From: Candidatus Electrothrix yaqonensis
GTDB taxonomy: Bacteria > Desulfobacterota > Desulfobulbia > Desulfobulbales > Desulfobulbaceae
DNA: 32,000 nt
Reading direction: 5' to 3'
Assembly: GCA_047651235.1 (NCBI GenBank)
Contig: CP178758.1
Location: 240,001-272,000 of the forward strand
This document shows, in pieces, positions 18,685 through 26,427 of this stretch. Position 1 is the stretch's first letter, and each line of letters begins with the position of its first letter. The translations under genes and the position numbers were made by a program. Under the pieces are notes generated by a model. The model was not told the DNA's origin. It worked only from the letters and a program-made list of their open reading frames with translations, and ran no database searches.

Positions 18685-19266
18685 ATGCCGACCCGGCTTC
18701 TTCTCCTCCGTCACGGCCCGACCGCAGCACCAGCTGGATGTTTTGTCGGCAGCACGGATGTGCCCCTGTCCGGCAGCGGGTTGGCCCGGCTGGACAGTCT
18801 GATCCCGCAGCTCAGGCAAGCAGACTACTGGTACTGCAGCCCCATGCGCCGCACCCGGCAGACTCTGGAGCGGCTGCAGCAGAGCGGCTGCCCTGTGGGC
18901 AGTCCTGTCTATGATGAACGTCTGCGGGAAATTAACTTCGGCCGCTGGGAGATGAAAACCTTTGCCGAAATCAGCACAACAGATCAGGACCAGCTTGCGG
19001 CGTGGCAGCAGTACCTGGATTTTGTTTTTCCGGAAGGGGAAGCAGTACCTGCCTTTCTCAGCCGGGTCAACGACCTGCTTGCCGAATTCAGTGCAGCAGG
19101 CAGTACTGTCGCCATCGTGACCCACGGCGGGGTGATCCGTACCATGATTTGTCTGGCTCTGAGCATCTCTCCGCGCAACTATCTGCTCTTTGATGTGCAG
19201 CCAGCTTCTCTAACCATCCTTGATCTGTTTTCAGAAGGAGGCGTGCTGCGCGGCCTGAATCTCTGA
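18685..19266 (+). CDS. histidine phosphatase (PGAM) family protein, alpha-ribazole phosphatase CobC-like
   Basis: I take the start at the internal ATG 18685 of ORF 18592..19266. MPTRLLLLRHGPT carries the catalytic RHG, and CSPMRRTRQT and THGGVIR follow. Confidence 0.7.
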   Translation: MPTRLLLLRHGPTAAPAGCFVGSTDVPLSGSGLARLDSLIPQLRQADYWYCSPMRRTRQTLERLQQSGCPVGSPVYDERLREINFGRWEMKTFAEISTTDQDQLAAWQQYLDFVFPEGEAVPAFLSRVNDLLAEFSAAGSTVAIVTHGGVIRTMICLALSISPRNYLLFDVQPASLTILDLFSEGGVLRGLNL

Positions 19267-19333
19267 ATTGTGCGACGTTCCGACTTTCCGCAAATCCTGA
19301 TTTTTTTTCTTAGTTGTTCATGAGGTAACCGTT

Positions 19334-22300
19334 ATGAGTAATCCGCAATCCTCCGCATTCACCTCCAAGGCATGGGAGGCCAATAAACTGGAAACCGCCA
19401 GCAAGGTACAGATTCCCGAGCGGTTCAGGCTGCTGCAGGAGGTGGTGGTCCGCTATCAGGGACTGGCAGCCAAACTGGATCAGCTGCTGTACGAGATCAG
19501 TCATCCCTTCCGCAACTGGCAGTTGATCATCACGGAACTGCGGCCTTTTGTCCTGAAGAACTTTACCCATTACCGCAGACATGAACAAGGGCCAGCCTGT
19601 TTCGGCCTGTTCACCGGGATTTTTCTGGATGCGCTGCGGGATTCACGGAAAAACGGCAAGGTCATCGCCATGACGATGGAGGCCATGCTGGCCTATGCGG
19701 ACAAACTGATCTCTTCGTTGGATGCGGATGCCCTGCCCCTGTACCGGGATGAGCTGGACGCATTTTTCGACAGCCTGGCCGGGCTGGATGCAATTGATGA
19801 GACCGTGATGATGTATATGGTCCAGGGCCATCATCCCATGAAGAAAATGGCACAGCATCTGATAAAAATCGGTCGTGTTAACGAGGATGTCTTTTTCTCC
19901 TGTGCTTCGCTGGCCCGGCTGATGAACAAAATCCTCTTTCTCAACTATACCTACTGGCTGAGCGAGGAAAATCCGCAGCCCTGGTTTGAATCCCGCTGCG
20001 GTTCGTTCTGCAATGACTGCCAGGCAGGTCCGTTGCTGGAGGCCATTTCCCATGACCGGATCCGCGAACATCTTGCTGCGCTGGATCTCATTGATATTGA
20101 GGAGGATGCCTATCAGGCCCTCAGTGAGATCATGGAGCTTCCGGCTCACATCGATATTGTCCGCCTGTATCGGGAAATCCCGGCCAAGCTAACAACGGAC
20201 AGCAAGGATGAAGAGGAGGCATCTTTTGCGGAAAACCGTAAACTGTTCTTTCTTTTCCGAATCATGGAAACCTCCGGCTTGTATCTCATTCATGAGGAAA
20301 GCCTGCGGGAAATCAACCGCTCTCTGATTCAGCTCATTCGGAAGCAGAGCTTTGAGGAGATTGAGCAGTTTTTCGTCACCACCTTTCAGCTGCTCAAGGC
20401 CAATGTGCGGAAATATCCGCATACCTCGCTGCAGTGCATCCAGGTGATCGGCGGTGAGGTCTTCCGGCGGAGCAACTCCAAGTTGGTGGAGGCCTTTCTC
20501 TTCGAAGCGGTGCGCTTTGGGTTTCAGTACGCCAATGTCATGGGCGTGGACGAGGACTGGCAGCCCATCACCAACCCAGCCCATCTCGCCAATATCCGGG
20601 TCTGGCTGAACCTGATCATGCAGGAACCGAAATGGTGCTCCACCCTGTTTTCCGCCCTGATCATCAATATCCGGCTGTCCGGCACCTGTGTCAAGGATAC
20701 GGATCTGTTTCAGCGGGATATCACTGACCTGCTCAATCATCCGATCACGCCCATCTACAATCTGGCCAAGCAGTTCACCAAACTGATGCCGGTTTTTTTT
20801 AACGAGATCGGTGCGGAAGGCGAACTGCGGGATGTCTCCACCGAGCTGGATGAAATGCACAAACGGCATGACGTGCTCATCCACTTCCTGCGCAAGCAGT
20901 CCCATGTGGAATCCTCCAACCTGATTGTCGGCTTTATCCGGACGATTTTTATTTTCTGGATGACCCTGGACAAAGAACATCTCCGTCCCTTTCTGCCGCA
21001 GGAGATTCTCGGTCAGGTTGCCACGCAGGGCCTGTTTCTCGATGAACTGCACAGCCTGACAGGGCGTCTTCGGGACGAACTGGAATTTACGGCAATGGAT
21101 GATGTGCTGACTTGGGACGAAAAGGAGCGCACAGCCTGGCTTGCCCGGCAGGAGGATATTTCCGTAGGGGAACGGAAGCGCTTTGAGCTGCTGGTCAGAA
21201 TGTTTAAACTCCTGCACCATAAATACAACTTGGGGATGCAGGAACTGCGGCATCAGCTGCAGCAGGCTGCCCAGTCCGGCTTTCCGGAGATGGAAAATCT
21301 GCTGGAGATCCTAGAAAAAGGCGACACCTATACCTGTCTGGATGCCCTGCTGACCCATCTGGAGCAGCTGAAAGACATTATTCTGAGCAAAGAAACATTC
21401 GAACCCAAGGAAGAGATTTATTACAAACGCCATATTGCGGTGGATATCCCCTCGGTTTACGGCCGGTATTCCGAACGGAAGTTCGATGCCCTCGGTCTGA
21501 CCTTCCGCCTAGAGAATCTGGCGAATATCTACATCGAGCGGCTGACCCAGTCCATCAATCTGGGCTTTATCACCCAGGCCACCTTTATCCGGATTGCCCG
21601 CTGCCTGACCCTGTTTCTCCGGGCGCTCAAAGTGGACGGCATCAGCAGCCGCCGGCTGGATACCTACACCAGTCTGCTGAGTTCCTCCATCACCATGAAG
21701 CGGTTCACCTATACCCAGCATCTGGATATTGTCCGCGGCCTGTCCGAGGGGGTCAAGGACGTCATCTATGCCTATTACACCAATGTCCATCAGACCAATC
21801 TGTCCATTGTCATTCCGCAGATCGGTCAGGAAAATCTGCTGACCAAGTACCGTTCCCTCTGGGATGACGACGATATGCCCTCCACGGTGCATCGTCTTTC
21901 CGAGTCATTTTTCCGGGATCTTATCGCCACCACTTTCGGGCTCCAGCATCTGGACAACTTCATCACCCGGATTATCCATACCCTGGAAGCGCAGAAGGAT
22001 ATTCTGGATGAAAAGACCATTGATCTGCTGATGACCTATAATCCGGACAAGACAATTTCCTCGCTGTACAACGAGAATCTGCGTACCCACAACCTGATCC
22101 ATCTGGGCAACAAAGGCTTTAATCTGATGATGCTGGCCAATGACGGCAAGCCGGTGCCGCCCGCTTTTATCATTACCACGGAAATCTTCCGCTGCTGGCA
22201 GGCAGTGCAGAGCTTCAAGCGGGCCAGGGACGAATTTATGCAGCGGGTCCGGGCTGCCATCACCGGCCTTGAGGAACAAACTGGCCGCAGCTTCGGAGCG

Positions 22301-23587
22301 CCCAATACTCCGCTGCTCCTCTCGGTGCGCTCCGGCTCTGCCATCTCCATGCCCGGCATGATGACCACCATCCATAATGTGGGCCTGAATGAGGATCTGC
22401 TGCAGGATCTGGTGAGCAATCATCCAGAGCAGAAGTATTTTCTCTGGGACAACTACCGCCGTTTTCTCCAGTCCTGGGCCATGGCCGGGGGGATGGAACG
22501 CGAAGAATTCCAGGAACTGATGAATGCCCATAAACAACGCTACAAGATCCGTTTGAAACGGGAGTTCACCCCGGACCAGATGCGGGAGTTGGCCCTAGAA
22601 TACCAGAGCGCTTTGCGCAGACGCGGCTGCAGCGCCCCGGAAGATCCGTGGCTCCAGCTTGTCGGGGCCGTGGAAATGGTGCTGGAGTCCTGGAACACCA
22701 TGAAGGCCAAGCAGTACCGGCATCTCATGGATGTCTCCGACGACTGGGGCACTGCCGTGATTGTCCAGTCCATGGCCTACGGCAACCTGAGTGCGCAGGC
22801 GGGCAGCGGGGTGCTCTTTACCGCCCATCCCTACCGCAAGGTCCGCCGGGTGGCCCTGTGGGGCGACTATGCTGCTGGAGATCAGGGCGAAGATATTGTT
22901 TCCGGTCTGGTGAACAGCTATCCTGTTTCCGTGGAGCAGGCCGAGCTTGACGGCCGTCCTGTGGAGCGGACTTTGGAACGGAAATTTCCGGCCATTTACC
23001 AGGGCCTGCTCCAAATCGCCCGTGACCTGGTCTATACCAAGGAGTGGAATCCCCAGGAAATCGAGTTCACCTTTGAAGGGCCGGATCAGGAGGATCTGTA
23101 TATCCTCCAGACCCGTGACATGATTACCATTAAGAAAAAAGAGCATTTCCAGGTCTTTGAGGAGTCCGATATTCTGCAGGAAAATATCCTCGGCAAAGGC
23201 ATCGGCGTGAGCGGCTCGGCTCTGTCCGGTTTGGCTGTGTTTACGGATGAGAATATCCGGCAGCTCAGGCAGGAACAGCCGCATGTGCCGCTGATCCTGA
23301 TCCGGCAGGACACGGTCCCAGAAGACATCCGGGAAATCTCCATGACCGACGGCCTGCTCACCGCGCGCGGCGGCCAGACCTCTCATGCCTCAGTGGTGGC
23401 TACCCGGCTGGAAAAAACCTGTGTGGTGGGCTGCCGGGATCTGCAGGTCGTGGAAACCGGGGAATATGCCCGGATAAACGGGTTCAGAATCGGCTTCGGC
23501 GACCCGATCTCCATTGACGGCCGCAGCGGCCTGCTGCTGAAAGGGGTGCATAAGGTACGGGAGGAGGTGCATATTCTGCCGCTGTAG
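19334..23587 (+). CDS. 1417-aa protein: about 900-aa N-terminal region of unknown function fused to PPDK/PEP-synthase-type ATP-grasp and phosphohistidine swivel domains, with no PEP/pyruvate TIM-barrel domain
   Basis: PPDK-like motifs begin near nt 22090: LIHLGNKGFNLMMLANDGKPVPPAFIITTEIF, LLSVRSGSAISMPGMMTTIHNVGLN, GTAVIVQSMAYGN, GDYAAGDQGEDIVSG, and IEFTFE..LYILQTRDM. The swivel domain is GGQTSHASVVATRLEKTCVVGC (His codon 23384-23386). The stop comes about 65 aa later. Confidence 0.85.
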   Translation: MSNPQSSAFTSKAWEANKLETASKVQIPERFRLLQEVVVRYQGLAAKLDQLLYEISHPFRNWQLIITELRPFVLKNFTHYRRHEQGPACFGLFTGIFLDALRDSRKNGKVIAMTMEAMLAYADKLISSLDADALPLYRDELDAFFDSLAGLDAIDETVMMYMVQGHHPMKKMAQHLIKIGRVNEDVFFSCASLARLMNKILFLNYTYWLSEENPQPWFESRCGSFCNDCQAGPLLEAISHDRIREHLAALDLIDIEEDAYQALSEIMELPAHIDIVRLYREIPAKLTTDSKDEEEASFAENRKLFFLFRIMETSGLYLIHEESLREINRSLIQLIRKQSFEEIEQFFVTTFQLLKANVRKYPHTSLQCIQVIGGEVFRRSNSKLVEAFLFEAVRFGFQYANVMGVDEDWQPITNPAHLANIRVWLNLIMQEPKWCSTLFSALIINIRLSGTCVKDTDLFQRDITDLLNHPITPIYNLAKQFTKLMPVFFNEIGAEGELRDVSTELDEMHKRHDVLIHFLRKQSHVESSNLIVGFIRTIFIFWMTLDKEHLRPFLPQEILGQVATQGLFLDELHSLTGRLRDELEFTAMDDVLTWDEKERTAWLARQEDISVGERKRFELLVRMFKLLHHKYNLGMQELRHQLQQAAQSGFPEMENLLEILEKGDTYTCLDALLTHLEQLKDIILSKETFEPKEEIYYKRHIAVDIPSVYGRYSERKFDALGLTFRLENLANIYIERLTQSINLGFITQATFIRIARCLTLFLRALKVDGISSRRLDTYTSLLSSSITMKRFTYTQHLDIVRGLSEGVKDVIYAYYTNVHQTNLSIVIPQIGQENLLTKYRSLWDDDDMPSTVHRLSESFFRDLIATTFGLQHLDNFITRIIHTLEAQKDILDEKTIDLLMTYNPDKTISSLYNENLRTHNLIHLGNKGFNLMMLANDGKPVPPAFIITTEIFRCWQAVQSFKRARDEFMQRVRAAITGLEEQTGRSFGAPNTPLLLSVRSGSAISMPGMMTTIHNVGLNEDLLQDLVSNHPEQKYFLWDNYRRFLQSWAMAGGMEREEFQELMNAHKQRYKIRLKREFTPDQMRELALEYQSALRRRGCSAPEDPWLQLVGAVEMVLESWNTMKAKQYRHLMDVSDDWGTAVIVQSMAYGNLSAQAGSGVLFTAHPYRKVRRVALWGDYAAGDQGEDIVSGLVNSYPVSVEQAELDGRPVERTLERKFPAIYQGLLQIARDLVYTKEWNPQEIEFTFEGPDQEDLYILQTRDMITIKKKEHFQVFEESDILQENILGKGIGVSGSALSGLAVFTDENIRQLRQEQPHVPLILIRQDTVPEDIREISMTDGLLTARGGQTSHASVVATRLEKTCVVGCRDLQVVETGEYARINGFRIGFGDPISIDGRSGLLLKGVHKVREEVHILPL

Positions 23588-24346
23588 GAGCGGGGAAAAA
23601 CGGGCGTATTTTGCCGGAGCAGGTGCCGCGCCTGTTTATAAATCTTCGTGAGATTGGGGATTACCTGTATGGTACAGGGAAACTTTAAGCAGATGGTAGC
23701 TGGGGAGATAAGGGGATGGGAGGATGAGTTGAGCGGTCGTTCATTTCTTGTAGATCGAGAGGGTTTGCTATTTTTGTTTGTTGGTGAATTAGCTGTAAAC
23801 ATTGAAAAGATAACCATCACAACAAAGCCGCCAAAGATCAGCACTAAACACCCTGAGCATCCCTTTAATGAGTTGCGATCAACCTTATCCTTGTTTTCTT
23901 GTTTTGGTTGCTCTTCCTTTAAAGGCTCTCCGCAATGAGGACAGCTCTCAGCATTTCTTGAAATTTCTTTTTTGCATACAGGACAGTTGATAATATTCGC
24001 CTTTCTTTCTTCTTCTTGCTGTTTTTTCCTCCTTATTTCCTCTTTTTTTCGTGCCTCTTTCCTTCTTTTCTCTTCGTCCCTCTTGCGAGACATTATTGTT
24101 TTGTATTTATTGAATATAACGCCACAACTTGGACATTCTCATCCAATTGTCGTCCCGCTAAAGGGTGTTTGCATTTAGGACATGTACGGGTTACTTTGGA
24201 TGGAGAGCTTTTAGAGGGAGATGCTACAGGCTTTAAAGGGATTGATTTTCCACATGCTTTTTACATTTTGCTTGCTTGGTTCCCGATGGAATTTTGCTTT
24301 GGTTAAGCTTGTATCTTTTTTTACAAGTCGAACACTCTATAATCAT
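23383..24346 (-). pseudogene. multi-zinc-ribbon membrane protein gene broken by two frameshifts (or by assembly indels)
   Basis: Three minus-strand frames concatenate into one protein. The first is MIIECSTCKKRYKLNQSKIPSGTKQAKCKK (MJ0042-type finger, ATG at 24346). The second is ACGKSIPLKPVASPSKSSPSKVTRTCPKCKHPLAGRQLDE. The third is ECPSCGVIFNKYKTIMSRKRDEEKRRK...NCPVCKKEISRNAESCPHCGEPL...a TM helix LVLIFGGFVVMVIFSMF. The listed 236-aa ORF (23383..24093) is only the last segment. Its low-complexity tail runs antisense into the 3' end of the 1417-aa gene. Confidence 0.6.
23620..23640 (+). terminator. possible weak intrinsic terminator of the 1417-aa gene
   Basis: The short GC hairpin CAGGTGCCGCGCCTG (23620-23634) is followed by TTTATAAAT. 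Confidence 0.3.
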
Positions 24347-24483
24347 CTTTGTTATCTCGTCACTAATACCATCTCATTTATGAATCATGCCCCTTTGCTT
24401 TGATTTTTACGAAGGTAATAGCAATAAAATCTATTGTCAACAGAGGTCTGCATAAATTCAGAAGAGACGCGGTTCAGCAAGGC

Positions 24484-24521
24484 AAAAAAGTACCCCCGCC
24501 GCAATACTGCGACAGGGGTAC
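24484..24521 (-). terminator. rho-independent terminator of the minus-strand nifB-like/Nif11 operon
   Basis: The stem GTACCCC (24490-24496) / GGGGTAC (24515-24521) is followed on the minus strand by TTTTTT (plus-strand A-run 24484-24489). It lies about 30 nt after the Nif11 gene stop. Confidence 0.6.
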
Positions 24522-24551
24522 GGAACATCAAACCGTCTCAATGAACCTGCA

Positions 24552-24773
24552 TCAGGTCCACCAGATTGAGCGCTTGGGCGGGTTGCCGTATTTCTCAAAT
24601 ACGTCCCCGGCTTCCTGCAGCACCTGATCCAGTTCCTCCACGGTAAAGGTATAGCCGTCCTCGGCAGCCAGGGTGACAAATTCCTCTTTATTGCCCGGAA
24701 CATCATATTTCGCCCGGACATGTTTATCCTCGCCGCCTGCTATCAACAATGCTTCCACGTCTTTCTTTGCCAT
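24552..24773 (-). CDS. Nif11-domain small protein (73 aa), a possible Nif11-type leader/core peptide
   Basis: I take the start at ATG 24773, preceded by AAGGAGG. MAKKDVEALL...NKEEFVTLAAEDGYTFTVEELDQVL matches the Nif11 N-terminal domain pattern. The tail is QEAGDVFEKYGNPPKRSIWWT. Confidence 0.65.
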   Translation of the reverse strand: MAKKDVEALLIAGGEDKHVRAKYDVPGNKEEFVTLAAEDGYTFTVEELDQVLQEAGDVFEKYGNPPKRSIWWT

Positions 24774-24832
24774 CAGGGCCTCCTTATGATCCGGTTGAAA
24801 AGACAACCGGTCAGTTATATGTTACTGCAATA

Positions 24833-25132
24833 TTACTGCATGAATTCAATATGTATCTGTTCGTCCTCTCCCTGGGACAGCGCATATTGACTGCCGTCGA
24901 GAAAGGTCATTTCCTTTTCCTGTGCTTCCAGCTTGAGGATATCAATCACCTCTTCGGTCCTGCTGCTGTCCGCCTCTGTGTTGGTATGTACCAGCACTCT
25001 GTCTCTTTCTCCGGTGAACTGCAGCAGCAGGGCATTATGATCGAGAAAGACCAAATCTTCATAGGCATAGGAAATGCCCATACCGGCCGCCTCCACAATT
25101 TCTTTCACAACACCGAGTTTCATTTCCGCCAT
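24833..25132 (-). CDS. hypothetical protein (99 aa)
   Basis: I take the start at ATG 25132 (MAEMKLGVVKEIVEAAGMG...), preceded by AAGGAAAG. The longer 150-aa ORF would overlap the upstream gene. I recognise no motif. Confidence 0.5.
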   Translation of the reverse strand: MAEMKLGVVKEIVEAAGMGISYAYEDLVFLDHNALLLQFTGERDRVLVHTNTEADSSRTEEVIDILKLEAQEKEMTFLDGSQYALSQGEDEQIHIEFMQ

Positions 25133-25175
25133 TTTTCTTTCCTTACGCTTCCTTCCGTCTCTATCTTCGGTCGTT

Positions 25176-25622
25176 TCAGTCCAGTAATTCTTCAACCACC
25201 AGCAGGCGAAGCTGTTCCGCCAAATCCAGCATCTCCGGAATCTCCTCCATGTCCGGCTGGCTGATTTTGAACCCGTCCAGATCACAGATTTCCTGATAAC
25301 TGTCCATCTTGAGCAGCCCTTGCCGGAGCTTCTCCATCCTGCCGGGAAAGGTGTTTTCCATCGCCTCGACCAGGTCCGCCATTGTATGGTTATAGGGCAT
25401 GGTTCCGTGCTGCATCAGCGCAGCCATGATAAATTTTTCAATGGCCATGGCAATAATATTGTAGAGGATTTCAGCAGTAAATACCGGACGCTGTTTCTGG
25501 TACGCTCCTTTTGCTGTGCGCAGATAGCCTTCGCCGTCTTTGAGAAACTCCTCCCAGCCCCTGATCGGTTCGATCGATTTCAGGGCAATCGGCTCTGCCG
25601 TCATCGTTGCTGTTGTCATCAT
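25176..25622 (-). CDS. hypothetical helical protein, weakly HEPN-like
   Basis: 148 aa. The start overlaps the GNAT stop (ATGA) and is preceded by GGAGG. AMAIEKFIMAALMQHGTMPYNHTMADLVEAM resembles the HEPN helix pattern, but no Rx4-6H motif is visible. Confidence 0.4.
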   Translation of the reverse strand: MMTTATMTAEPIALKSIEPIRGWEEFLKDGEGYLRTAKGAYQKQRPVFTAEILYNIIAMAIEKFIMAALMQHGTMPYNHTMADLVEAMENTFPGRMEKLRQGLLKMDSYQEICDLDGFKISQPDMEEIPEMLDLAEQLRLLVVEELLD

Positions 25623-26068
25623 TTTCCTCCATCAACCCTGCGTAAGCAGATCAGCTCGGTCACCCGGTAGCCGAGCCTGTTATAGAAAGCAAGGGCGCTG
25701 CTGTTGTTGCGGTCAGCAAGCAGCTGAACCCGAGTTGCGCCTTGTTCTGTTGCCCAGTCGGCAATTGCCTTCATGAGCTGCCTGCCTATCCCCTGTCCCC
25801 GCCATTCCGGCAGAAGCACCACATCCTCCACCAGCGCAGACAGGCCGCCTTCAGCCGTGGAAATCAGAAGCTGCCCGGTACACATCCCGACAACCTGTCC
25901 TTCCTGTTCGGCAACCAAGACCGCAGTCCGGCTGTTGTCCAGCAGCAGCTGCAGGCCCTGTTCCTGCCTGGCTGCATCGGCGGCAAAGTCCTCTTCAATA
26001 CTGAACAGGACATCTAGCAGGTTGACCAGGGCAGGCAGGTCAGCGGCAGCGGCCCGACGAATCTTCAT
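25619..26068 (-). CDS. GNAT-family N-acetyltransferase
   Basis: 149 aa. Acetyl-CoA motif A is LLPEWRGQGIGRQLM, and a C-terminal NSSALAFYNRLGY follows. Confidence 0.85.
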   Translation of the reverse strand: MKIRRAAAADLPALVNLLDVLFSIEEDFAADAARQEQGLQLLLDNSRTAVLVAEQEGQVVGMCTGQLLISTAEGGLSALVEDVVLLPEWRGQGIGRQLMKAIADWATEQGATRVQLLADRNNSSALAFYNRLGYRVTELICLRRVDGGK

Positions 26069-26073
26069 CGCCC

Positions 26074-26379
26074 TCAGCCTGAAATCAGGTAATCTGCCGA
26101 CGGCTCGCCATCTTCAAGCCCGTCCAGAATGGTGTCAATGGCCTCTTCGCTGTTCACGCCGCCGAACCACCAGTTCTCCGGCTGAATCACCATGACCGGC
26201 CCTTTTTCACATTGCTTGAGGCAGGTGGTGGCGGTGACCAAGCAGTCCAGCCCGCGATCCAGCACTTCTTCCTCGATGTACTGCAGAAATCCGTCGCTCT
26301 GCTTATGACAGATGCCCTTTTTATCCCCTGCGACACGAAAACTCTGGCAGAGCAGAATCTGCCTCTCCGGTATTGCCAT
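26074..26379 (-). CDS. thioredoxin-like [2Fe-2S] ferredoxin
   Basis: 101 aa with Cys at ILLCQSF, KGICH and TTCLKQCEKGPVMVIQPENWWFGGV. This pattern is typical of small (2Fe-2S) ferredoxins found in nif-type clusters. Confidence 0.7.
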   Translation of the reverse strand: MAIPERQILLCQSFRVAGDKKGICHKQSDGFLQYIEEEVLDRGLDCLVTATTCLKQCEKGPVMVIQPENWWFGGVNSEEAIDTILDGLEDGEPSADYLISG

Positions 26380-26427
26380 TGTCTATTCTCCTTTTTCCTT
26401 TATGAATTATCAAACAATTATAAATCG

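Noticed and set aside
20189-21253. 354-aa minus-strand ORF inside the 1417-aa gene, plus other antisense ORFs at 21509-23386
   Set aside because: These are shadow ORFs. The plus-strand frame is continuous for 4.25 kb and ends in unmistakable PPDK-type domains.
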